Shown here piece by piece: positions 28,913 to 37,380 of a DNA stretch of 64,000 nucleotides. The position numbers were made by a program, and so were the translations under genes. The stretch covers positions 5,440,001 through 5,504,000 of the forward strand of contig OZ242374.1 in NCBI GenBank assembly GCA_965209055.1, read 5' to 3'. The stretch is from Acidobacteriota bacterium. Lineage in GTDB: Bacteria; Acidobacteriota; UBA6911; RPQK01; JAJDTT01. Below the pieces are notes generated by a model. It was not told the DNA's origin, did no database searches, and saw nothing but the letters and a program-made list of their open reading frames with translations. How positions within the stretch are numbered: the first letter of the stretch is position 1; each line of letters starts with the position of its first letter.

Positions 28913-28932
28913 TTATAAATTATATATTATAG
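28913..28932. promoter_or_regulatory. Third TATA-N3-TATA operator-like site upstream of the TonB receptor
   Basis: TTATAAATTATATATTATAG shares the TTATAA...T-TATA-N3-TATA layout of 4660..4681 and is about 75 bp from the start codon. Confidence 0.5.
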
Positions 28933-28945
28933 GGTCCGAAATTTG

Positions 28946-28979
28946 GAAAAATTCTAAATTAGAATTTTTCTACTGTCAA
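28946..28979 (-). promoter_or_regulatory. Sigma70 promoter TTGACA-17-TAGAAT overlapped by a perfect 25-bp palindrome
   Basis: Minus-strand -35 at 28974..28979 and -10 at 28951..28956. Palindrome GAAAAATTCTAA-A-TTAGAATTTTTC at 28946..28970. Confidence 0.75.
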
Positions 28980-29531
28980 GCATGTTTCGATTTTTCCCCA
29001 GGATGATCTCACGCTTGTCATTTGTGGAGTGTCCTCCACAACGCGAAGGGGAAGGGAGATAAGTTCCCCAGGATCCTTGGCCGAGGTCGCCAAGTGATCC
29101 GGGGCTGGTAGCCATTGACCTCTGATCCAGTCCGGCCGGAAGGAACCAGTTTGGGCCCGGATGGGGCCACAACGGTCGGGACCGAGCCGGAGGATCCCAA
29201 GATCCGGGGGGCGGGAGGTGGAGTTGTGATCGGAGACAGCTCAGGAAGCGAACTGAGCCGCATGCGGTGACCGCACGGATCGCTTTGCTCCGTTTCATCG
29301 AGAAGTGTTGGACTGCGGCTTGAACCTGTGGGAAACCGCGATGGAAGATAATCTCCAGCGCCGTCTGGATGACGATCGCATTGTTGGGCGTTCCGGTACC
29401 CGTATGCCTCGGACACGCAGCTTCGCCGACTGTGGTGTCCGGGAGGCGGAGGTTGCGGTTCTCGACGACCCAATGGCCGCCTGGACGGTCCCCCGCTGAT
29501 CATTGCCGCGTTCTCCATTCAGAAATGCGGG

Positions 29532-30409
29532 TCAGAGAAGCATACCCGCGCGACCCATCGATTCCCGGGAGACCACAGTCAGATCTTCGCCAAATATGAC
29601 GGTGCCCTGAAAAATCTCATGAACCTCCGAGATGACCTGTTCCCGCACGCCCGGTCCGTCGATCTGTCCCGTGAAATGGGTCAGAACGACTATTTTGACG
29701 CCCGCATCCCGGGCCAGAGCGCCGATCATTCCGGGGCTCCCACAACCCCTCGCCATGGCCTCGTTGAGTTCCGTGCCGGAAAGGTAGTGGCACATGTGAA
29801 TGAGCACGTCGGCACGTTCGCAAAAGGAGACCATTCGATCGGTGGGCCCGGAGTCTCCACTGTAGACCAGAGATCGCCCTTCCGATTCCAATCGATAGGC
29901 AAAGTATGGTTGAACATGGGAAACTTCGATAGCCCGGACCATCCAGTCGTCTCCCCGGAACTCGGATCCACTTTCCGCTTCGGCAATGACGGGCCGCGGA
30001 CGTTCTCTCGCCCCGGTTCCGCCGCGGGCGCGATAGATCGCCACGCTCATTTCGTTCCAGGTCCTGGCCTCCATATCGGAATCGAAGATCCCGTCTTTTT
30101 CGAATAGGGCTTTTGCGATTCGCCGGATCGGCCGGGGACCATAAATCTTCAACTCGGGAATTTTCCCCGCCCCTTGTCCCAGCGATGAAGAACGTAGTGC
30201 GGAAGGTCGATGCAATGATCGTAATGTCAATGGGTTACGAAAAGTTGTGTGATCTCGGTCGGCTCTTTCCCCGTCTCCAGAAAACGGCGGTAGGAACCGG
30301 GACCGCAGTCGAACACGAAACATTCCGACTCGGTTTCCACCGGGTAGCCCGAACCGGCCCGCTTGACTGAAGGTGTCGGAGTCCCGGTCCCCAGTAGAGT
30401 CAGTCTCAC
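29532..30409 (-). pseudogene. Metallo-beta-lactamase-fold (RNase Z/ElaC-like) hydrolase pseudogene
   Basis: Reads LTLLGTGTP...FDCGPG...TH*HYDH with an in-frame TGA at 30227..30229. A 1-nt deletion near 30176 (WD[Q]GAG) is followed by YSGDSGP, ADVLIH and VLTH. Confidence 0.82.
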
Positions 30410-30581
30410 TCGGCTGTCTCCCTGACGCTGCAGATCAAGGCCTGTCCCGAAAATGGGTTGCCATTGGATTCTTCCCTTGCAGGACGGCTCCTGCAAGTGC
30501 CTCGGAGCTTTACCGACAAGGAGATCGAAACTATCCTTGTCCCGAATGCAACCCGACCCCTGACCTTGGTCCGACCCGCCA

Positions 30582-32177
30582 ATGCCGCCCCAACTGGTCA
30601 TCTCCAACGGAACCCTGCTGGACGGGACCGGCGCCCCGCCGAGACGCGCCGACGTGGCGGTCTCCCAGGGCAGGATCTCGGACGTTGGGAACCTCGAATC
30701 CGTCTCCGACGTCCCCCGGATCGACGCCTCAGGCCTCTACGTCACGCCCGGCTTCATCGACATTCACAGTCACTCCGACTATTCCCTGGTGGTGGACCCG
30801 CGGGCGGTCAGCGCCGTCAGCCAGGGAGTGACCCTGGAGGTGATCGGAAACTGCGGCCATGGCTGTGCTCCGGTGGAGAACGTGGAGTTGGCGGCCAGCA
30901 ACATCTACGGCTACCAGTCCTCCCTGGGCATCCCCTGGAAGACCATGGCCCAGTACCTGGATCACCTGGAGTCCCTCGAACCGGCCCTCAACGTCGCCAC
31001 CCTGGCCGCCAACGGCAACCTGCGCCTGGCCACGCTGGGCCTGGCGGACCGCCCTGCCGACCCGGGGGAGTTGAGGCAGATGGAGAAGTTGCTTGCCCAG
31101 GCCCTGGAGGAAGGGGCGTACGGATACTCCACCGGGCTGGAGTACAACTGCGAGCAGGGCGCCAGTGAAGAGGAGGTGGCGGCCCTGTGCCGGGTGGCCC
31201 GGAAGGCGGGCGGCTTCTACGCCACCCACACCCGGAACCGGGCGGGCGAGGCCAGGGAGACCATCGCCGAGGCGATCCGGACGGCCGCGGCGGCCCGGAT
31301 CCCGCTGCAAATCTCGCACATCGCCACCGTGGCCCGGCTGGCGCCGGACAGCCACTGGGCGGTCCAGCAGGCCCTCGACCAGGTGGAGGACGCCCGCGCG
31401 CGCGGCCACGACGTCACCTTCGACCAGCACACGCGCATCTTCGGCACCACCAACCTCAGCACCATGCTTCCCCAATGGGCCTTGGAGGGAGGACCCGGGG
31501 CCATCGCCGAACGGCTCAAGGACCCCCGGATCCGCAAGGAGATGAGCGGGCACCACAGCATCATCGTCTCGCTGGCTCAACGGGACTGGAACCGCATCGT
31601 GGTCTTTCACAGCCGCGCGCTGCCGGAGATCTCCCAGAAGAGCCTGGCCGAGATCGCCGAGACCTGGAACCTGGAGATCTTCGACGCGGTCTGCGAAATC
31701 CTGCTGGCCGAGATCGACGACCTGCATGCCACCATGGTCATCTGCTTCGCCTACGAGGAGGCGGACCTCCACCTGCCCTTCGCCAGTCCCCACTGCATGC
31801 CCGGCTCCGACGCCATCGCGCTGGCGCCGGACGGCCCCCTGAGAAACGAGACCTTTCACGGCGCCTACACCTGGGCCGGCTACTTCTACCGCACCTTCGT
31901 CCGTGACAATGGTCTGCTCACTCCCCAGGAAGCCGTCCGCCGCATGACCTCGTTCCCCGCCGCGCGCCTGGGTGTCACGGACCGGGGCACGATCCGGAAG
32001 GGCAACTGGGCCGACCTGGCCATCTTCGACCCCGAGGCCTTCACCGACTGCGGAACGACATTCCACCCGAACCAGGTCTGCCGGGGAATGGTCCACGTCC
32101 TGGTCAACGGAACGCCGGTCCTGGAGTCGGGACGGCTGACCGGGGCCAGGCCGGGACAGGTTCTGCGCAGCGGGTAG
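30582..32177 (+). CDS. N-acyl-D-amino-acid deacylase (D-aminoacylase) family amidohydrolase
   Basis: Motifs PGFIDIHSHSD, QGVTLEVIGNCG, STGLEY, YATHTR, QISH, GSD, EAVRRMTSFPA, ADLAIFDP and VLVNG...PGQVLR. Confidence 0.92.
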   Translation: MPPQLVISNGTLLDGTGAPPRRADVAVSQGRISDVGNLESVSDVPRIDASGLYVTPGFIDIHSHSDYSLVVDPRAVSAVSQGVTLEVIGNCGHGCAPVENVELAASNIYGYQSSLGIPWKTMAQYLDHLESLEPALNVATLAANGNLRLATLGLADRPADPGELRQMEKLLAQALEEGAYGYSTGLEYNCEQGASEEEVAALCRVARKAGGFYATHTRNRAGEARETIAEAIRTAAAARIPLQISHIATVARLAPDSHWAVQQALDQVEDARARGHDVTFDQHTRIFGTTNLSTMLPQWALEGGPGAIAERLKDPRIRKEMSGHHSIIVSLAQRDWNRIVVFHSRALPEISQKSLAEIAETWNLEIFDAVCEILLAEIDDLHATMVICFAYEEADLHLPFASPHCMPGSDAIALAPDGPLRNETFHGAYTWAGYFYRTFVRDNGLLTPQEAVRRMTSFPAARLGVTDRGTIRKGNWADLAIFDPEAFTDCGTTFHPNQVCRGMVHVLVNGTPVLESGRLTGARPGQVLRSG

Positions 32178-32214
32178 GGCCGCCTCCGGCGCCGGTCGGT
32201 CCCGGAAACCCGAT

Positions 32215-34737
32215 TCAGAACGACGTGAACCGGGAGTCGGGAAACGGCTCGATCAGTTCGTCCGCGGCGGGTTCCGCGTGGTGGATCTGGAAGGCGTAGA
32301 GGTCTCCCTCCCGGAGATAGAACCGCAAGCGTACGGGACGGCCGGCCAACTCTGCCAGGTCTTCCCGATGCCTCCAACGGACCGGCTGTTGGACACCGTC
32401 GAATCTGCCGAGAACGCAGTCCGCCTGAGTATACCCCTCAAGGGGATTTTCCTCGGCATCCAACACCTCCACCTTCAGGTCTCCGTGAGGCACCTGTGCG
32501 TTGACCGTGAGGAGCCGGCCCTGGAAGACCAGGGGATGGGTGGTCAGGACCCCCACGTCCCTCTTGGCTCTCCGGGAGACGAATCCGTTGGTCCGGAACT
32601 CGGCCAGACCGGGCCAGATCCGGTAGTCGGGGCTTCTGGCAAGGAACGACTCCGGCGTTTCTCCGGTGTTGGCGGTCAAATCCGCCCAGAATCGGCTCCT
32701 GGCATCTTCAACCGTGCCATGAGTTCCCCGTCTCCAGCTCCAACCCGAGGGCATCAGAGACCAAGAGAAGCTCTTCGTCGAGGGCGGCGCCAGGTACGGA
32801 CGTTCCACGAAAGTCTCGTCGGCAACCAGATCTTGAGCGTCCTTCCCGCCCATGCCGCTGTACAGGCCGGAGAGCTTTTCGCGAATCCAGGCGTGGAAGT
32901 GGAGATAGTTGCCCCCGTGATAGAAAATCCGGGTTCGTTCGCCCTGCCGGTGCCAGCCGGTCGGCAGGTAGACGACACCCCAGTCGAAGGCCCCCGGGGG
33001 GCCGTTGGCCAGCCATGCCTGTTCTCCACCCGGCTGCTCCCAGTGGATGCCGTTGCGGCTCACCCAGAGCTGCAGATCCAAGTGCTGGGTGCGGACGTTG
33101 TAGCGGGGGAAGAACCCCACGTACGAGTCCCCCAGCCGCCGCACCCGGAAGCCGTAGTTATGGAGATTGGGATCGGAAACCTCGGGTACCCAGATGTAAC
33201 GGGCCTCCCAATTGATGCCGTCCCGGGTGACGTGGCGGGCTATAGTCCGGGCCTTGGTGGAGTTGTCGTACCGGATCCGGCCGCGCCCCCGGTTGGGCGG
33301 ACCCGGGGAGGTATAGGCCACGAACTCTCCGGTCTCACCGTCGTAGCCCATGGCCGCGGTAGTGTCGCCGGAGACGGACATGGTCTCGGTGCCGCCCTGT
33401 CCCAGCCCCAGCACAGGCGTGGGACTGGTGACGTAGCTCTTCCCGTCCTGGTCCCAGACCACCAGGTAGTAGCCTCGGCGCAGAGCCCAGCGATCGCTGG
33501 TCTGCTGGCCGGTGAAGAGCCACAGCCAGGCGCCGCGCAGGTCCGGGTTCCCCCGGCGCCTGTAATCCCAGACCCCGGAGAACACGGGAAAGAGATCCCC
33601 CGGTTGTGTCACGTTCAACCCGGCCAGGATGTTGTTGGCTCGCGAACCGTCAAACTCCACCCGGCCCAGGTCCGGCTTCGTCCAGGTGACAAGGTCCTGA
33701 GAGACGGCCAGCATGTGATAGCGGGTCTGGTCATAGTTGACGTGGCGGTAGGTCAACTCGTAGCGATTCTTCTCGTGATTGTAGCGGGCCGAGTTGTCCA
33801 ACAGGATGGAGTGGCCTTCGTAGGGGCGGTCGGGTGAGAGGATGGGTCCGTCCGTTACCTTTCGCGCCGGATGAAACACTTTCCGGAGACCGCGCGACTC
33901 GGCCACCAGGTAGTCGTCTACAAGAAGTTGCGGTCCATCGCCGATCTTGGCCGCATCGCCCACGCGCGGCGCCGGTCCGTTTCGAAACAGTTGCAGGGTT
34001 CTGACCACTCCGTCCGGCGACGCCACGCCGTCCCGCAGGAACCGGACACGGGCCCGGTAGGTTCCCGGCAGCAGGTCGTCCAGGGAAAACGTCACGCGCG
34101 TATTGCGCTGGGTCAGCGACACCTGAACAGGCTCGGCGACCCGTTGACCGGTCGCAGGCTCCACCAGGTCAACCACCGCCGGAAGTTCGTCAGCCAGGGC
34201 GCCCGGGAGCAGTTTCAGATCCAGGCCCGCTTCGGCGTCGTCGATGTACAGGAGCCGGTCCAGGTCGGCCCAGATCCATTCCTGGGGCGGAAGGCGAAAC
34301 AGGGTCTGGAAGACGGTTTTTTCCGCAACCGGATCCCGGCCTGAGATCCGGAGCGTGTACTCTCCGGGATAGAACTGCTTGGGCCGATGCACCCAGGGAC
34401 CATGTCCCAGCAGCGGACCGAGACCTAAGCTGACCCGGCGGGGACCGTCCGAGGCTTCAACGAACCGCTCCCGGCGAGTCGATCCTCCGTTGGGAAAGGT
34501 GAGATCGGCGCGAACCAGGAGCGCCGGCGACGGACCCAACTGGAATTGCACCGCGTGATCCAGATCCCCTTCGAACGCCAGGGAAAAGCCGGAGGCCAAC
34601 TCGGACGGTGGAGCCGCGCCCTCCAGATAGGAATCGAGCGGCACGCCGGCTTCGGCGGTCGGCAGGCCGAGTGCCGCAATCATCAAGCAGAGTGTCAAAC
34701 CCGGATTCAAAACTCCAAAGCCCGAAGAAGTTCCCAT
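32215..34737 (-). CDS. Large secreted protein with a five-bladed beta-propeller glycosidase-like C-terminal region (uncharacterised)
   Basis: Signal peptide, then LLVDDYLV...VFHPARK, SQDLVTWTKPDLG, TRDGINW, SRNGIHW, GAFDWG and the conserved tail LAGRPVRLRFYLREGDLYAFQ. Alternative GTG start at 34794. Confidence 0.7.
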   Translation of the reverse strand: MGTSSGFGVLNPGLTLCLMIAALGLPTAEAGVPLDSYLEGAAPPSELASGFSLAFEGDLDHAVQFQLGPSPALLVRADLTFPNGGSTRRERFVEASDGPRRVSLGLGPLLGHGPWVHRPKQFYPGEYTLRISGRDPVAEKTVFQTLFRLPPQEWIWADLDRLLYIDDAEAGLDLKLLPGALADELPAVVDLVEPATGQRVAEPVQVSLTQRNTRVTFSLDDLLPGTYRARVRFLRDGVASPDGVVRTLQLFRNGPAPRVGDAAKIGDGPQLLVDDYLVAESRGLRKVFHPARKVTDGPILSPDRPYEGHSILLDNSARYNHEKNRYELTYRHVNYDQTRYHMLAVSQDLVTWTKPDLGRVEFDGSRANNILAGLNVTQPGDLFPVFSGVWDYRRRGNPDLRGAWLWLFTGQQTSDRWALRRGYYLVVWDQDGKSYVTSPTPVLGLGQGGTETMSVSGDTTAAMGYDGETGEFVAYTSPGPPNRGRGRIRYDNSTKARTIARHVTRDGINWEARYIWVPEVSDPNLHNYGFRVRRLGDSYVGFFPRYNVRTQHLDLQLWVSRNGIHWEQPGGEQAWLANGPPGAFDWGVVYLPTGWHRQGERTRIFYHGGNYLHFHAWIREKLSGLYSGMGGKDAQDLVADETFVERPYLAPPSTKSFSWSLMPSGWSWRRGTHGTVEDARSRFWADLTANTGETPESFLARSPDYRIWPGLAEFRTNGFVSRRAKRDVGVLTTHPLVFQGRLLTVNAQVPHGDLKVEVLDAEENPLEGYTQADCVLGRFDGVQQPVRWRHREDLAELAGRPVRLRFYLREGDLYAFQIHHAEPAADELIEPFPDSRFTSF

Positions 34738-34871
34738 TTTCGGCCCCCGATCTTCAGTGCCAATAATCTGTATCCGCCGGCTCCCCTTCGTCACCGTAGC
34801 CTATGAGCCGGCTTCAATCCATGCCCGCATTGTCTCTGGAACAGGGTCCAAACTACAATTTGAACCAGATC

Positions 34872-35537
34872 ATGCCAAGAGCGATCCTGCTGCTCCTGAC
34901 CGTGACAGCCGCCTGGGGCATTGCGGCAGCGTCGGTTGCACCCCAACTCATCCACTACACCGGCAAGATCGGTCACATCGTCCGGCTCCAGGACGGACGC
35001 CTGCTGACCCTCTACACGCTGGGTAGGGCGGACGAGGACAGTTCGCTCAACGGGCCCGAACAGCCGGCGTACGTTCGCTACTCCGGCGACCGGGGACACA
35101 GTTGGTCGAAAGCGAGGATCGCGTTTTCGTTCGCATCCGGGCGCGGGACCATGCCCACCTACCGGCAATCGGCGGGCCCCGACCTGCTCCTGGACCGGGA
35201 CGGAACCGTCCACTCGCTTGCCATCCGGTACTATCGCGGCCCCAAACGAGGCGACCCGACCGTGGTCGCGGTCTCGGAGCTTTTTCACAACAGGTCCCGC
35301 AACGGCGGCCGGACCTGGAGCCCGTCCAGGCTGATCGCCGGACCCTCCACACCGGAACCCGAAAACGTCCAGATGCGAAACCCGTTTTTGTGCCGGACCG
35401 GCGACGGGTCCGTTCTGCTCCGGTACCATCGCATCGAACGGACCCTCGGGACAACCCGGCGTGATCTGCTGCGCCTCGATCCCGAGTGGATCGCGGAGTC
35501 GAGCACCAAGCCGGGTCCGGTTCCGCGCGGTCGGTGA
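34872..35537 (+). CDS. Short secreted Asp-box protein (possibly an internally deleted sialidase-fold gene)
   Basis: Signal peptide MPRAILLLLTVTAAWG and only two Asp-boxes (SGDRGHSW, SRNGGRTW). Confidence 0.6.
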   Translation: MPRAILLLLTVTAAWGIAAASVAPQLIHYTGKIGHIVRLQDGRLLTLYTLGRADEDSSLNGPEQPAYVRYSGDRGHSWSKARIAFSFASGRGTMPTYRQSAGPDLLLDRDGTVHSLAIRYYRGPKRGDPTVVAVSELFHNRSRNGGRTWSPSRLIAGPSTPEPENVQMRNPFLCRTGDGSVLLRYHRIERTLGTTRRDLLRLDPEWIAESSTKPGPVPRGR

Positions 35538-35601
35538 AGACCCGTAAAGGGACCAGACGGAACTCACGGCAGACGGCGTCATTGCAAGGGCGAGTTGAAC
35601 C

Positions 35602-37296
35602 ATGGAAAAGACGGCAGGCGCGGCAGTGATCGGCCGCAGCATCATGGGAGCCGGCACCGCCCGCTTCTTGGCCAGGAAGAGCGCCGGCAAGGTGGTCTTG
35701 CTGATGATCGGCCTGGTTGCGGCTCAGGGCTGCACCGCGGAGACGCCCGCCAAGCCGCCCAACATCGTCTTCATCCTGGCCGACGACATGGGGTATTCGG
35801 ACCTGGGATGCTACGGCGGCGAAATCGAGACGCCGAATCTGGACGCCCTTGCTGCGGGGGGACTGCGTTTCACCCAGTTCTACAACACGACCCGGTGCTG
35901 GCCGACCCGCGCGGCTCTGCTGACCGGATATTATGCCCAGCAGGTCCGGCGGGACGTGCTTCCCGGTCACTGCGGAGGAGGCGTCACCGTGCGTCCCGAG
36001 TGGGCACCGTTGCTGCCGGACCTGCTGGAACCGGCGGGCTATCGCAGCTACCACAGCGGCAAGTGGCACATCGACGGCAACGTCCTGGACGGCGGCTTCC
36101 ATCGCTCGCTGGACATGAGGAACGACGGCAACTTCTTCACCGCCGCAGGGAACGCCGTCGACGATCAACCGATCGAGCCGGCCGCAGACGAGACCGGGTA
36201 CTACGCCACCACCGCCACCGTTGACCACGCCCTCGACTGTCTCCGGGAGCATGCGGACGCCTACCCCGACCGGCCCTTCTTTCATTACATCGCGTTCATC
36301 GCGCCCCACTTTCCCCTCCACGCCCTGCCCCGGGACATCGCGCGGTACCGGGACCGGTACCTGGACGGCTGGGACGTCATGCGGCAGCAGCGGTATTCCC
36401 GGCAAAGAGAGATGGGACTGGTCAAAACGACCCTGTCGGACCTGGAGCGGGAGGTCGGACCCCCGTATCACTTTCCCGAAGCCCTCCATAAGCTGGGGGA
36501 GGGCGAGATCAACCGCCCGCTGCCGTGGGACGAGTTGACGGAGGAGCAGCGGCGGTTCCAGGCGACGAAGATGGCGATCCATGCGGCGATGGTGGATCGG
36601 ATGGATCGTGAGATCGGCCGCGTGATCGAGCAGCTCAAGGCCATGGGCGCCTTCCGGAACACGCTCATCTTCTTCGCCTCCGACAACGGCGCCAGCGCCG
36701 AGATCATGGTGCGTCATGGCGGTCACGATCCGGAGGCCCCTCCCGGGAGCGCGGCCACTTTTCTCTGTCTCGGCCCCGGTTTCTCCAGCGCCTCCAACAC
36801 TCCGTTCCGGCGCCACAAGACCTGGGTCCACGAAGGCGGCATCAGCACGCCGCTGGTGGTGCACTGGCCCGAGGGAATCCGGGCCCGCGGCGAGTTCCGG
36901 CACACTCCGGGTCACGTGATCGACATCGTCCCCACCATCCTGGACGCCATCGGCATCCGGAAACCGGCGGATCTGGGCGGCCAGCCCGTCCCCGACGCTC
37001 CCGGCCGAAGCCTCCTGGGCACTTTCTCTGAAGACACGGCCATCGATCGCGAATTCCTCTGGTGGCTGCACGAAGGGAATCGAGCCATTCGCGCCGGCGA
37101 TTGGAAGCTGGTCGCGTCGAAGGGAGATCCTTGGGAACTGTACGACCTGTCAACGGACCGTGCCGAGGCTCGAAACCTGGCTCAGGACGATCCCGGGAGA
37201 GTCAAGGAAATGGAAGCGATCTGGCAGCGCGAACTCGAGGCGATGAAGAGGGTGGCAGCCCACGCCACGCCGACCGAACCCGACCCTGCCAAGTGA
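35602..37296 (+). CDS. Arylsulfatase (S1 sulfatase, AtsA-like), secreted
   Basis: Motifs PNIVFILADDMGYSDLG, CWPTRAALLTG (FGly motif), SGKWH, APHFPLH, SDNG and HKTWVHEGG. True start may be ATG 35644 or 35704. Confidence 0.93.
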   Translation: MEKTAGAAVIGRSIMGAGTARFLARKSAGKVVLLMIGLVAAQGCTAETPAKPPNIVFILADDMGYSDLGCYGGEIETPNLDALAAGGLRFTQFYNTTRCWPTRAALLTGYYAQQVRRDVLPGHCGGGVTVRPEWAPLLPDLLEPAGYRSYHSGKWHIDGNVLDGGFHRSLDMRNDGNFFTAAGNAVDDQPIEPAADETGYYATTATVDHALDCLREHADAYPDRPFFHYIAFIAPHFPLHALPRDIARYRDRYLDGWDVMRQQRYSRQREMGLVKTTLSDLEREVGPPYHFPEALHKLGEGEINRPLPWDELTEEQRRFQATKMAIHAAMVDRMDREIGRVIEQLKAMGAFRNTLIFFASDNGASAEIMVRHGGHDPEAPPGSAATFLCLGPGFSSASNTPFRRHKTWVHEGGISTPLVVHWPEGIRARGEFRHTPGHVIDIVPTILDAIGIRKPADLGGQPVPDAPGRSLLGTFSEDTAIDREFLWWLHEGNRAIRAGDWKLVASKGDPWELYDLSTDRAEARNLAQDDPGRVKEMEAIWQRELEAMKRVAAHATPTEPDPAK

Positions 37297-37380
37297 CACG
37301 TAGCCGTACGGCCGTCGTCGTCTTGACAGGAGACTTCCAGGCTGGTCTCGGAATGGACCCGGCTCTACCGATTCTATGTG

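Noticed and set aside
30227-30229. In-frame TGA within the MBL metal motif TH*HYDH as possible selenocysteine or readthrough
   Set aside because: A separate frameshift follows about 50 nt later and there is an apparent internal deletion, so pseudogenisation is the simpler explanation.
30729-37071. Long antisense ORFs (30729..32096, 32278..33837, 35047..37071)
   Set aside because: They are shadow frames opposite well-supported genes, as expected from GC3 bias.
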